Shown here: one piece after another, positions 42,201-56,168 of the stretch | Position numbering within the stretch: position 1 is the stretch's first letter | How the letters are laid out: the number at the start of each line of letters is the position of its first letter | NCBI GenBank assembly: GCA_051362555.1 | Contig: CM120646.1 | Span: 6,076,001-6,140,000, forward strand | DNA length: 64,000 nucleotides | Source: Lingula anatina | Lineage: Eukaryota; Animalia; Brachiopoda | Reading direction: 5' to 3' | Translations under genes and position numbers: made by a program | The notes under the pieces: generated by a model | Seen by the model: only the letters and a program-made list of their open reading frames with translations | Told to the model about the DNA's origin: nothing | Database searches by the model: none

Positions 42201-45200
42201 GGGAACAAGCATGGATGAGTGGGCGGGTCCCTGGCTATCGTCCAACTTGTAAACCATCACTAACATACACATAAGTACTACTCAAACCTGTTTATAACCA
42301 GGCTGATAAATGGGCATATCTTTTAAGTCCTTTTCAACCTGTTTTCTCACAACATTCATTTTTACAATAACAAAGTAATGGTTTCTACATTACCAAGGTC
42401 ATTCTTTCATGGGAACCAACCAAATGATGACACCTGCCTGTCTGTTTCGTCCATTATTCATCTGAATGCGTGTTAAAATTAACAAAATGCAGTTGGACAT
42501 GTGTTGCCATCTTTAACTATCCTTACCTTTTTAACAGGATATATTTTCAATGCATTATCCTGCATGACCCACTTAACTCTGAAGGCCAAAAAAGTGCAGA
42601 AAAATGATCTCCGGGCTTCAGCCCAGATAATTTATACATAAATTCACTTACATAACTTGCTTATGTGACGCAGTGACTAGCAACAGAATATTTATCAGAT
42701 AATGGATTTCCAGTACAGTGCGTTCAACACCTCAATGAGAAAAAATGGTCACATCATCAAGTAATTCTTAATAAGCAAGCTTACCTGACCAACTCGACTC
42801 TAAATACCATTTTAATTAACACCTTGAGAGCTCAGAGGATCGGATTAAAAGATGCTACATTTTTTTGTCAGGTGACTGGAGCAGGGGCAGATTCAGAGAT
42901 ATTTTCTGATGGTCTTTCAAAGTAACTTTGTTGACCCGTCCTCCATTTTTGACCGTCTTCCGACAGAAAAAATCGATACCCGTCAATGTAAACTTGAAAA
43001 TCTGACCGTCTTCTGAAAGACCCAGAAGACGGCCTAAATCCGCCCCTGTGGAGGTCCATGTTCTAATAGTTTGCTTAACAAGCTGTATTTTAAACAATCA
43101 GAACACATGAATATTGACTGGCTAGCAGTGAAGAGAGATGACATATTAAACAGTCTACATCAAGCACCTCAGACAGCATCTGACATCAGCTAACATTTAT
43201 CTGAAGTGCAAAAGGGAAATTCTAATTCAAGATCTTTACTGGTGCATCCCTCTCTTCACAGTGAATGGCCTCCATTATTCAAAGCCCCTAACGGTAACAT
43301 TGACGCAAAACCTAGCACTCTTAGACCTCAAAGACCAAATTGATTTCTTGAAAGCGACAAAAAATTATTTATGTCTAAATGACGCAACTAAATGGTTAAT
43401 CATCTAAACTTATAAATTATTTCAGGACAACATCTCTCTACTCCTTATAAAAAAGAATGTCAAAGCATGTTTTTATTTTGCTCAACTGTCTGTTTTTATT
43501 CACAAAGATGGCTGATGTTATATAAAAAACATCTATCTACATATGCAACGTGCTGTAGTCAATCTTTCCTCACCAGGAAAAACTTCCCAGACATGACAAA
43601 CCAAAAATGTGCCCAACCACAATCACTTGATTATCCATGCAATGTTTCTGTACCCAGTATGAACACGTTCAGAACAGATGATCCTCAGACTCATTGACCC
43701 TTGACCCGCCAGCTCAATATGGCCGATCCCACATAAAAAGCGATGCCCCTGATTCCCCGTCTTCAAACGGACCATAAAACTGTTCGGAAGTTTAATTGGT
43801 AGGCCCCTGCAACAATTGCACGTGTGGAGGCGGGGAGATCATCAGGGAATTAGCAGCATCGTTTTTTAAGTGGGGGCGGCCATATTTAGTTGTTGAATCA
43901 GTCAGTACGCAGATCATTTGTCCTGAACGTGCTCTATGTCGTCCTTTAGGTCAACCCCCCCCCCTGTACGAAGTCAACTACTCAATTAGCCATAAAGGAA
44001 AAACAAAGGTGTTCACTGGGATCAAGTGCAAATTCATAGTTTAAAATTTTCTGCATTTCAGCCTGACGTATTGGTGACCAAGCACCATGGGCCCATACAC
44101 ATAGATGTATATATAACAAAACATTTTCAATCAAGGAAAAAAAGAAAAATATGAATTTCTTTCGTTTCTGACACTAATATGTACAAAATCAGGAATGCAT
44201 TTATAATATTTCTTATCAATTCTTCCTGTTTCGGTTTCTGTTAAGGCAAACAATTGGGCAATACACTATTATTTTCCCAACAGCTCTGGCTAGAGCATGT
44301 ACCCGATTCTGGGAAAATTTTGTTGTATAAATTTCCTGGAAAACTTATCAGTGCTACATATTAATGTCTAATACTCACTTTATGCCTTAAAGTACTTCAT
44401 ACCCTTTATGAACAGGAAGAACACAACCTGTGCCGACAGCGATATGCAGATTAGCCGACTTGACCGTAAAGTAAGCTTGGTTGAGAGAGAAGGAGCCAGT
44501 TTCACAGAACTTACACTAAAAACTGGTCTTTAAGTTTAAGACCAAATTTTATTCAGCTTTGCCTAAAATAATTCTTGTTACTGTACTAGGTAATGAATAT
44601 TAAACTAAAACCTTAGAGATTTCCTGTCCCTACAGATGTGGTTGAATGTGAGCAAACACAAATCAGTCTAATCACACCATAAACCAACAACCTTAGATAT
44701 TTACATATTTACTCATTCTCGGTATCATGAGACGGAGCAAGCTGACATCCTCCCCCCCTCCCCTCTTCCTTGCAGTGCAAATAATACTACCTAGGAGATA
44801 AAATACATACATTCCTTGCAGGGCTTTTCCTTTTCAATCAATCAACATCCATTGTTCCACTTTTCTTCACAGCTGAGTATGACTCAACCTCTATATCATA
44901 TACATGTCTGGTCTCGCTCTCAGTCAATGCTGTGCTCAGACAGTATTTCCCCTAATCTAAGCTTTGCTACAGGCTTCTAGACGAACCAACTGATGTATAA
45001 AACTTCTCATTTTTCGTAGGTTTACATTACACATATGGTAGTGGGGATAGTAGTCTGCAGCCATATTATAGATAGATCTACAAAAGCAGCTGTTCTATAA
45101 AGAGTTAACACATGTTGTGAAAATATCCACCTCTGTGGTTAAAGGGTTAAAAGGCCCAAGGTGAAAGTGCCAAGGGCAGAACAACAGTGTCCATTCATCA

Positions 45201-46569
45201 CTACCAGGTTGGTCTGCATAATTACAGTGCTGCTTGTAGGAGGGATTAAAAGGATTAACAGGAAAACCCTCCCAAATGCATGTAATGAAAAAATAGATTA
45301 TTTATAATTTACCTTTTTTAACTAGAAGAGTTGAAGACCTCAAATGAAAAGATTGTCTACAGAACCTGATATTCTATCAGGCTTTGCACAAGTTATATGA
45401 GGCTGAACATTTCCATAAGTATTAAAATTAAAACACCCATCCTTTACGTCATAATAGGACACAAATTACGTGCCAAACACTCATTAACTTCCTGCTTAAT
45501 TTTCCTTCGTGTCACCCCTTATGGAAAGATGCAATTAGGAAAACGTGATTTGTGGATGTCACACATTTCAGGCTGATATGAACTCTGGGGTTTTCTTAAA
45601 ATTCAAACCGTTCCACATCTAGTTGCCACTAGTAGCTGCAATGTTAAAACTGTCTATCCCATCAGCCATCATTTACTTTCAAAAAAAAAAAAAAAAAAAA
45701 AAAAATTCCTGGTGCAGCTGCACCTTCACCTTGCTTCTCACAGATAAATTATTCCTAATCACCAGTGGTTTTCATTCCCATTACCTTACATCACAGCACA
45801 ATGTGTTTCGAGAACAATCTTTGCTCAAACATTCACACATTTATTTGCAACAGAATCAGCAATGTTTCACTAGTGCCAAACCATAGATTAAAAGCTAAGT
45901 TTACACTAGCACTAAATTTGGATCGCAACAGTGGACAATGGTTCCATAGCAATTTAGTTTCTAACTCTAATAACATATTTAATCAACAATGTCTATGATT
46001 TGGGTCATGGCATCACCTTGCCCTTTGACCGACTTCACAAAGGGCTTGTGTGGCCTTGGATCAAACCAGGGTCGCATCAGTTGACCCAGTGTAAACAGTC
46101 CTTAGGTTCTACTATCAGGAGTATGTCACTGATTGCCTCCGTCCCCAATCAATGATCAGAGATAGCCTAGAACCTGGCGGATGGGAGCTTCCTACAGGCA
46201 CACATATAACGGCTGTCTGTACCTGAAGCCTCATGGTACATAGTCAATACATTGAACTACTGCATATTCCAACTGACATTTTAGGTCAATAATGCGTACC
46301 ATATTGCATGCATGCGGAGTGTCGTGTTTGGTAAATTTGGTTGCTGATTATTGATGCTGACTTTGCATAAACCAATGTTGCATATACATTGTCTAGCAGA
46401 TGTGATGCAAGCAGCTAAGACATTGCCATTGCTGCATTTTAATCGCCCTTATTCTGAGAAAACTTTCCTTTTCTCTTACATGATTGTAATTTCAACAGCA
46501 TATGCTACAATGTTGAAAATATAAATGCTCGAGACTGTAATGCAAGTTGTCAATTGAGGATGGGCTAGA

Positions 46570-46602
<33 letters not shown>

Positions 46603-48711
46603 GGGGGGGGGGGGGTCGTTTGAAATCCTGACCTTCTATAGGAAAAAATGTAGTCAATAATCCTTGATCAATGCAAGTTAATAGTATATGCAGAACAAAA
46701 TATATATTCCTACAATGTGGAGAACAAAGCTAATATATTCAATGAAATAAATAATTTAACAGATCAATTCAATATGGGTCATAACACATTAAATATGCGG
46801 ATTTCTCTCACCATGACCTTGGGCACATAAACCTATTAGAGAGTATTCATTTTCAACAACAGTTACAAAGCTTGAAGATGCCACAGATTGAAATGGGTTA
46901 AAGTTCATTCTGGCACATATAAATTCTCTTGGCTGGGGATAATTGCTTTACGCATGCATTTTTTTTCTACAGCATGTTGCATGCACTCACATTTACTGAT
47001 GGTATTCACCTTTCTTGACCTATTTATTTTTTTACTATGGATACAAAATACACTGTTACCAATTCTCATCTACATCTTTGAACACATTACAGTATGCATT
47101 GTGGTTATGAAGTTACTAGTTTATTAATGACCTATATGTACATATAACTGCAGTAATTGTCACGATAGCCAAATGTCATGGCTTATTATGAAACCATAAA
47201 AACTGTCAGGGAATTTGGTGTGGAGCCGCTGGCGGGTACTGTACATGTAAACAGCAAAGGGGGGGGGAGAGAAAGCCCCCCCCCAAACTTTTTCTGACAA
47301 TAAAATCTAGGTTAAAAATTGCTGCTGAAGACGACCTCACACTAATAAAAGCTTTATATTCTCTTTTAAAGTATCTGATAAGAGAAAATCCACAAATACA
47401 ATTATGATTCCCTCTTCCTCCTTTTAAGTGTAATTTATGTATTAAAAGATAAACATGAGGACCATTCACAACATCAAAATGTTATTTCTCTATCTGGCAT
47501 ACTTACAGTGGGAGTTGATGTTTTGTTGGTTCACACTCTTCCCAGTCCATTTCATCACAACTTTCACCTCCAGAACTGCTCTCTGTGGCATCTGAGTCGA
47601 TCGCAGATTCTGCATGTCGTAAATTCATTGATAAATTCCCAGCCGTTCTATCTATATCATCACAAAGTTCTTCGTCCAACGTTAACACACTACGAGAGTC
47701 TGTATTGTTGCTTGAGAGGCGCTGGCGCAGTGTTATCTGCGACGCCTGCAGTCTACGAACCAGATTTACTAACGATGCAGTGGACAAATTTTTTACATCC
47801 TCACTCTGGAGAAGTTCAGTTTTGAGATCAGTGGTAGGTAACAGATTAGGATCTGGGAGCCTGTTGCTGTTTGCTATGGACTGTAGATTACGATGCTGCG
47901 TGGTTACAAACCCCATCATCTGTTGCCGCGTGTGTGTGACTGCTTGCTGAGCCTGCAAGCGCCTTAGGCGTTTCAACAAACGTGTGGCACGTTTCTCAAG
48001 ATGTTGTTGTCTGTGCGAACTGTCATTGTTATTTTCTGGACGAGAGGATCCAGAGTTGTTTGTTGTCGCCTGTGACTCTCTACTGCTCCCAGCAACATTG
48101 GTCACTGGCTGATCTGGCCCATCGTCCGTAGAAGACTGGGCAGCATTGTTGTTTACATTATTAGCATTCTGTGCATTGGAGTCCGAGTTCAAATTTGTAC
48201 TTTTAGGCACTTTGGAGTTCTGTAGTGTTACACTGGTAATAGTTTTGGTATTTCCATTGGTGGCTCTCTGCAAGCCATTTTTCCCATTGGCAGCTGTAAC
48301 TGAAATTGTCTTGATAATCTTTGAATGAGTCATTTTGTCACCATTTTCCATAGCAATATCACCGTTTGTGGACACTTTCCCTTCAGACAATCCACTAGAT
48401 AAGTAGTGATTGTGGTGATTGTTGTTTCGATTCGTTCCCAGGGCAAGTTTGATTATTCTGCTCTGATGAGCAAGGTTCAGAGTTCTTGTATCAAGATTTT
48501 TGTGAATGTGTGATGCTAGAGTTATCTGAGGCTTGTTTGCAGTTTGATCAACTGGCGATCGTCGAGTTAGCAGGTCTGTATCGCCGGGATTGGCAATATG
48601 GTCTCTGCCGTTGACGATGGACGAAGTATCACCGTTGGGTGAACTGGGAGAGAGCTTTACACGGGCTTGGGTGGCAGCCTCCGCAGTCAAAGCAGGCGCC
48701 ATCGTCGCCAT
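23423..48711 (-). CDS. KANSL1: KAT8 regulatory NSL complex subunit 1 (KANSL1/NSL1), 8 coding exons, ~1219 aa
   Basis: Exons in transcript order: 48711-47507, 35296-34401, 27402-27303, 26669-26587, 26248-26105, 25737-25485, 24710-24530, 24220-23423; GT-AG with consistent phases (3660 nt). Motifs: N-terminal [44 protein letters not shown]5-binding-like [38 protein letters not shown] domain [17 protein letters not shown]. Confidence 0.93.
28563..28781. mobile_element. Tc1/mariner-type MITE
   Basis: TIRs cagggtggtccataaaaa / tttttatgaaccaccctg; TA duplication; further internal inverted repeats (tactttccatctcaatttt / aaaattgagatggaaagta). Confidence 0.85.
28877..28932. repeat. (GT)n/(GCGT)n microsatellite
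   Basis: Direct reading. Confidence 0.95.
31341..31391. repeat. (TA)n microsatellite
   Basis: Direct reading. Confidence 0.95.
33687..33901. mobile_element. MITE family A copy (reverse orientation), KANSL1 intron 2
   Basis: Same core sequence; follows TAA. Confidence 0.85.
36174..36203. repeat. (CT)n microsatellite
   Basis: Direct reading. Confidence 0.95.
38245..38460. mobile_element. MITE family A copy, KANSL1 intron 1
   Basis: Same core; TAA at 38242-38244 and 38461-38463. Confidence 0.88.
39224..41669 (+). mobile_element. Decayed Sola2-like DNA transposon (~2.45 kb) in KANSL1 intron 1
   Basis: TIRs gggtcaaaacacggta / taccgtgttttgaccc with TATA on both flanks; about eight subterminal tgtctctgacgggaca motifs; frameshifted transposase remnants [32 protein letters not shown] at ~40060-40500. 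Confidence 0.75.
42882..43048. mobile_element. Short TIR element (CAGGGGCGGAT ends), copy 1
   Basis: caggggcagat...atccgcccctg; reverse-complement match to 52294-52442. Confidence 0.75.
46572..46615. repeat. (GT)n microsatellite followed by poly-G
   Basis: Direct reading. Confidence 0.95.
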
Positions 48712-49279
48712 GCACCACAGCCTTAGAGGCAGGGGGCCGGACATTGAGGGCCCCTCATGGGTGCCAAGCCCTGTGAAGGGATCAGAAGATTAAACAGTGA
48801 CTACATTAATTTTTCTTATGTCACGATCGTATCAGTTCAGTCACCTGCTGCCAAAAATGCGGATTTCCGAGGTCACCTTTTATGAAACACGTGACTGCGT
48901 TAGTGCGTAAGATGCTATTTCAGGAGGGGCTTGATTCAAAGCTCTTAATGAAAATTGTGCACAATAAAAATTGTAGATTTATATCTCTTCGTGTTACAAT
49001 TTACCATATTTACTTAGATCTCTTGACAGAGCCTCATATTATCAGCGATCGAAACAATAAAATTTGGCTTATTCATCATACCACGTGACTCCACGTCTGT
49101 CTGGCGATTTTTTCTTCGACGCCCTGTGCACTGGTGTTTTCAAATCCTTCGTAATGTCCTTTAAAATCCGTGATTTGGCTTGAAACTTCTAGAGGCTAAA
49201 GATGAAACTGTTCCCTTCAAATTGATGTTTAAATTAAGTCCGCCAGTGGTCTCTGTTGCCTACAATCCTGCATGAAATT

Positions 49280-49420
49280 TAATCACGTAATGGCGAACAT
49301 CGATCTTTGTATGTGAGATCCACCACAATACAAGAATGCAGGAGGCCCATGTTTTATTGAGGGGTTGCGTCAATTGGAGGATCCCCCTCTAGTAGCAATT
49401 GCTCATTGGCTGTTGCGGTT
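49280..49420 (-). promoter_or_regulatory. Candidate KANSL1 promoter region
   Basis: About 600 nt upstream of the ATG; YY1-like aatggcg (~49289) and two minus-strand CCAAT boxes (attgg at ~49373 and ~49405). No transcript evidence. Confidence 0.35.
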
Positions 49421-50885
49421 TGTTATGGGCAAGTATTGCAATGAAGTTACTCCCCTCTGCAGAGAGTAATTGAAGAGAAAATTGTTATAATAAGCTTTCG
49501 TATGTTTGAGAAAATAAACGTGTGAACTATTTTAGCAATTTACCATTTATCTTTTTTTATATAAAATCAATAGAATTCTAAATTGTTTTGTATCAAGGTT
49601 AATACATTGCCTGAGAGATATTGACCATAAGTGGGGTAAGACTGATATGGAGGGAAAGCGCATTTCATCTCCTCTTGCCGCGAAAATCCTGAAACAAATA
49701 AGGGAATTGCGCATTAATTTAGTCTCAATTCATTTAAATTACAATTTACGTTAATGGCTTAATGTTGCTCTGTGCTTTTAGATTAGGCTATCTTGACGAC
49801 TGTAGCACACATCAGTGGCAAATTCTTGCTTTATTCTATCTGCGACTTCAGATTGTAAAACAAAGGTTTCTTTATTTTCATAAAAGAAAAAGGAAAAAAC
49901 TATAGACTCTATGCTTTCAATTGAGTAGGCCTATTCTGAAATGAAAACCACATTTAACCTACATGCCGACCTTTGGATTGTTCATTTAGTTTCTATATAA
50001 TTTAAACATTATACAAACATATTACAACTAGACGGAGAACAACATGTTATTGGTCCCCGGGCCAGTAGGGCCTACTAATAAACTGTATGATGCAAAAATT
50101 GCATTTACTTTAACCATGCTTGAAAGTAAAGGATCTGAAGTTCCTACAGTGTGCCACAGCCGTAATAAATCTTCCGGAATAAAGGTCCTCTTATGATTAC
50201 GTTTTAATTAGGACCAAAGATATGCATTAAGGCGGCAGAGAGAGGGTTCAGCGTAGGCCTAAAAAGTAGACCGTATATAGGGCCTATAGGCCTACTGTAG
50301 GGCCTATATAAGCAAAGCGCTAAATATAAACCAGTAGGCCTATGAACAGACCTCTATAAAGTCATATTTTAATTTATTTCTGAATACGATTGTGGAACGC
50401 CGACTCCACCGCAGGTTGTCCCGTCGACGCCCCAACGCCAGAAGAAAAAGCGTATGTAATTATCGCACAGAGAAAAGATGTTTTTCAGTCGAATAATGAA
50501 TGGGCACAAATAACACAATGGTGGAATTGAGGAGCTGGCTTCGTCCTCGTTAGCAGTACTGGGGGATCTGTGGCAATCAGATGTAAATGAAACATATATG
50601 TCTAAGAAACGCATCAGTCTGTTTTAAAACGAAGACGTGCCGAAAAGCATGATGTCTTTATAAGTAGGCCCTATACCTACCAATAACATACACATTTTGC
50701 TTATAAACATCTTGCGTTAGATCAAAATGAATAAACCTTCTGTGTAACTCCCGGTTTTACATCAAAATTTAGGTATGATTCATCCAGTTGTGATGTTCAA
50801 AAGGCCAATATATGAAATCTAACACTGGACTCGTGACAACTGTATTACAACGTACCAGCAGTGTCACCTACAGTATTAGTGACAG

Positions 50886-50927
50886 TTCCCAGATGATGTC
50901 CTTGTGATAAAGGACAAAACGTCGGAG
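50886..50927 (+). ncRNA. Degenerate minimal hammerhead ribozyme motif (likely inactive)
   Basis: UUCC-CAGAUGA-U-GUCCUU[GUGAUA]AAGGAC-AAAA-CGUC-GGAG; two substitutions relative to the CUGANGA/GAAA core. Confidence 0.5.
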
Positions 50928-52293
50928 AACAAAACGTCGGAGTTTCTGCATAACATCTACATGTAGCAGATGTACGTGAGTGTCCAGTATGAGATGATGA
51001 ATACCTTTGCCTCCTGGTTTTAGAGTTAAGGAATTATTTTGTGCCTGCTGAAGCTTATGACAGCAAAAAAAATTTCATTGTTATTTATTATTATTATTAT
51101 TGTTATTATTATTAAAATAACAGCGGTTTTAACAGTGTATATACCGTGGTTCGTAATTTATTACTTTTGGCGGGGTTAAGTTTATTTCTCTTATGTTCAC
51201 TAAGGGCGGATATAGACCTTTTTGTCGGTAGTGATAAAAACTTGCAGATTAGTTTGACTTTTTGTAGTAAACAGCTGAATTAATAACAACGTCGAACAAG
51301 GCAAATAGGTTCTTTGTGTAACTGCTCATAATACCTAAAATGGGATCTATTGTGAATACATACATCATATTATACGTGGAAACTCCATTATTTCAGGTGG
51401 TATTGTAATGACATAAAAAAAACTATATGTGCCCAATTAAATACAGACTATAAGCACTCTGAATAGTCTATCAATCCCCAAAGTTTGAACTTCTTAATCC
51501 CAATGGTCTAGGGGGAAATCGCAGAAATCACAATGTGTAATAATAAAAGAATCGTCCGACAGTTCCTACCCCCGCACTAAAATTCCGAAGGACCCATGCA
51601 CATTACTGGTGATGTACATGTAGGTCTATCAATCACCAATGTTTGAACCTCCTCAGTCTATGTATTGATCTAGGATAGATAGTGGAAATTACAAACGCAT
51701 GGACTAACGGACGTGCGGGAAAACATGATGTCACAAAAGTACGGGGATAACAGAAATACATGTACCAGTAGATCTACCTGTAGGCCTGTCTTTCCTCTAC
51801 CGGTCCTGTCTACAGCAATTTTGTCTGTCTTATGGGCATTATCCACGCTAACAGGCCTATCAATCCTCACAGTTTCAACTTTGTCACAAAACCTGCGATA
51901 AAAACAGCCATATGTCAAATAGAAGTATTGTCCTTATTAAAATAAGATTAAAATGGTGTCTATCCAATTAATTCTCACCATCGTGATAACGTAAGCCGTC
52001 ATAACAAGTGTAAACCACAAACAGTTAGGCCTACGTGTCTTGAAAAAAAGTGTTTCCCGGGTTTGACTGTGCTGTAATTGCACAGTGAGTGGCACTAGTA
52101 TATAGCTCTTTTTTTTCCTGATATCTTTCACGTCACCCTTGTCTATTGTTTTGCCACATAGAGGTATACCATCAATGTGATATATCATCCCTTTGTTACA
52201 TGATCCTTTTGTTATATTATCCCTGTGTTATGTCAACCCTGTGTTATATGATACCTGTCAGTGTGTTATGTTCCATTTTCTAATAATTAAAAT

Positions 52294-52442
52294 CAGGGGC
52301 GGATTGAGGCCGTCTTATGGAAGACGGTCAGATTTTCAAGTTTACATTGACGGGTATCTAATTTTTTCTGTCAGAAGACGGTCAAAAATAGAGGATGGAT
52401 CAACAAAAGAAAATTTTGGAAGACGGTCTGGATCCGCCCCTG
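52294..52442. mobile_element. Short TIR element (CAGGGGCGGAT ends), copy 2
   Basis: caggggcggat...atccgcccctg; shares gaagacggtcagattttcaagtttacattgacgggtatc with copy 1. Confidence 0.75.
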
Positions 52443-55400
52443 TAAAAAAAGGGTATAAGGGGTACGGCTTTTTTTTTTTACCCAAAACTGGCATAAACGT
52501 AAAATATTTGGTGTTTATGACATTCAAACTAGAATTATTGATAGAGAATGATTATTGATTTAGTCAATAAATTGATCGTTAATAAAATACACAACATCAG
52601 AAATGTATTACACTGTTAAAGCACCGTTGTGTTATAGCCTTGGAAATTAGGAATTTGACGATTTAAGACTAAATTTAAAAAGGAATCAAACATGCGACCT
52701 AAAACAGATTTTAATGTCATACATTGGCAAAAATTCGGTGTCGCCCAGAACAAAGTTGAAAATCGTTTTTCTATTCAGGCATGACGTAAAGGTCGGGGAA
52801 TGCTATGCTGAAGTTCGTTGATTTAACTTTTTCAGTAGATATCCACAGTTATGTCTTTGGCTTATTTATGACAGTTTGTCTGCTATCAATCGAGAATTTT
52901 GGCATGAACTTTATTTCATCACACAAACTTGGCCTATAGTATAGAGTGCCGCTGTACAGCATAAACTCGCAGCTGACTAAAGATACAGTACTACTAAGAA
53001 CCAAAACGCACATAATACACAAATATTTTAGAACAAAAAGATCATCACTCCATGGAGCTTTTAATCCCCTAAACCTGCATAGGCTGTATTAGGTATATGT
53101 TTTATGGACCGTTCAGTTAATTCCAATATGCCTTTTCTTTAAATTCACGTATTAAATTTGCAAGGACCAAGAATCTAACGCAAGTATTAAAGAAAATCCC
53201 TAGCAATGGCTGTGTGAATCTGTGGAGCATTTCCCAGATTTTTGCGACATACATTTCCAGAAGATTTTTATTTTCTACAATAGACTTACCTTACTAACTG
53301 TTATGTTGCCAACATCTTACACTGTAGCTCTGAAAATGCACATATCAGATCCTGACGAGTACACTTTTTATATCGAGTTTTTTATGTCAGTAAGCTTGAG
53401 TTAATATGTACATAAGTTGTTCACAATATCTTCACTGCATTGTTCACAGAGTTATTGGAATTTGATATTTCACAAGGTAAGGGGGCGCAAAAAGATAGGA
53501 AACGTTAAAACGCGCCTTATTATATACTTCTTTTTTTATTATCACTGATCGCCTTTGTAACAAATTTAATGGGCGAACATTAGAAAGCGTTTTTTAATAC
53601 ATCGAATAGCTTTAATACACTGTATTGAACTGAGCCTATGTAGAAATCGCGGTAAAATGCTCAGAATATGTACATAGTGTTGACAAACTTTAAACAAGGT
53701 ATGGGGTTTGCATCTAAGAGACGTACATTACAGCAAAGAGCATTCGTACAGTTGTTGTGTTATTTAATTGTAAAAGTAGCAAGATACAGACTACGTAGTA
53801 ATAGCATACGTAACATCCCTTTTCTAGAGATAATATGGGGAGTGAGGTGGGGTGGGGAGGGGGAGATTTCTTAACCATTTAGGTGCCAAAACAAGTATTT
53901 ACCCTAGGATTTGCTTTTCATCAAAACGAAAAACATTTTTTTATATGCGGCACATTCACAGATTTAAAGTCTACTAAAGCATGTATTTGTGTTATGAGGC
54001 GTCGCTCACTGATCCATATGAACTCAAGGCGCGGTTATAATAAATTCTCCAGTAATATATATGCTGTGTGAGTAGAAAAATTACCAGCGAATTTTTTCGT
54101 GATTTTGTTAATTGAAATTGGGTATAAACAGAATAATAAACTACAGTCATTTTGTTTCACTTTTTGAGCAGTTGGGCCCGACCGTCTTCGCTCAAGTTTA
54201 AAGGGCGAATATTAAAAAGTGTTTATGTTTGATTGGGAAATTATATAATAAGACGCTTAGAAAAACACAGTCGTACGTTGTTTGTAAAAGTGTTTATAGC
54301 CTTGTTCAGAATGTCGCACCTTCTATTGCTGTAAAGACACTCTTCACCGACGTCACTAGCGTTTAAATTGGCCAGACCGTAGCAGACGATAATTTGGATG
54401 TTCCTGCTCACTAATCTGAGGCTCGAGATCACAAACGGCAATTTTCTTTTATGAGACCTGAACTAACTACATAAAATTGTAATGAGTGGATGGACCGCTG
54501 AATCGTGTCTTTTAATGCTTAAAAGAGAGACGTTTTAAAACAAAATTTACATGCAGTTTGGGGCATTTTTGAGTGCATGGCAGAACGCGTCCGGCGCGGG
54601 GAAACTTTTAACTTTTCTTACAGCTATATCCTTACACGTATAAGCAAAAACGCTGAGTACGTACCTCATTATATTCTTTAAAATGCACTAATTCAAAAGT
54701 CAGTGATCGACTTAATTCGTTCAGTGAATTCAAAGGAATTACTGTCGAAAATTTAACATGTCAGCACTTTTTCAAAGACAAATACATGTGATTGATATAT
54801 ATAAATATATTTTCCACATATGACAATCATAATTTTCATCACGCACATTTGTAAGGACACGTTTATTTGTAATTGTTTTATTCTTGTTTAAATCTCATAA
54901 CTAATAATCCGATGTTTAATCTGAAATACGGGTCACGTTTGGTACTGGCAAAACCATAGAAACATAATGTTACCATAGCAACATAATCAAAATTGTGAAG
55001 TGACTTACTTCACTGATCGAGCTTTACTACATGTATCTGATCATATGATTTGATGCATTTGATATATGCTGATAGGTTATCAACCTTTTCGTCACTAAAA
55101 TAAACCCATATTCGGAACCTAAAATTTTATTCAGCAGAGGCAAAAATTTTTTTCTATCATATCTTGCAAACGGAGCACAAATCAGTTACCACAATTTCAT
55201 AGTGATTGGGTTATGAAACATTTGGCTGTGTGAAGGGTTGCATTATTGCTGCAAAGAAATGGAAATCGTGGAAAATATTTATGGTGGCCGAAGCTGCCCT
55301 AGGGTCGAAGGTGCCCCGGTCTCCCCAACAAATTATACACCAGCAGCTACCATTCGCCTTTTTCACCAGTTATTTTACACTCAAAATCAATGCATTTACA

Positions 55401-56168
55401 ACATCCTGAAGTCCACAATTTTTATTCCTGTTAAGCTAATACTAATGCAGTGAACATAAAGAAATATATTACTTCATGTAAAATAGGTTCTTTTTTCTTA
55501 GGCGCAGATTTTTAAATCAAGATAAAGCACATTTCGTTCTTGATAGCTACACATCTTTTAATTAAAATTTATATCTTTTTAAACCATCTGATTCAATAAA
55601 AACTTCATCATTAGTACAAATAAATATAAATATATATAATATATGTTAATATATGTAAATCTAGTTGGATCACCAAACATTTCCGATTTCAATCGAGGAA
55701 TCAGTGGGTGCCCTGCCTTTAATTAATGACTTACTAATGTAAACATCTGAAAAGTCATTTAAGAGAGGTTCCCGAGTTCATCCAGTAGTCTTCAGAATTG
55801 TATACATATCATCTTATCAATGTATGATTAAGGGAAAGTATAGCAGGAAAGTCTCCCCCCCCCCAAATTTTCTTTGGATAGTACACCTTCCCCCTTTGTT
55901 CTTCTTTAAAAACAGTATAGCAACCAAAACAAGTGATATCCAAGCAATTTTTCTCCTCTAAAATTGCTTTATGTATAATGGTGAAATTACTCTTGCCTGC
56001 TGTTTTATACTTCAATTTTTTTTTTCATCTTTGTGCTTACAATGTCCTGGATCTGGCAGTTCACAATTTTAATAATATCTTAGTAACTGGTACACAGATC
56101 ATTATCACAATCATCATGTAGACAATTTACAAAAGTCACAAAATACATGGTACTGCTGTAATGATCCC

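Noticed and set aside
48712-48744. In-frame upstream ATG extending KANSL1 by 11 aa
   Set aside because: Recognisable family similarity starts at MATMAPALT (48711); the extension is possible but unsupported.
51415-51752. Degraded HINE-like element with two short repeat units (gtctatcaatc..gtttgaac)
   Set aside because: Termini too eroded to call with confidence.
49290-52600. Divergent lncRNA from the KANSL1 promoter
   Set aside because: Only generic splice-like and AATAAA motifs; cannot be supported without transcript data.
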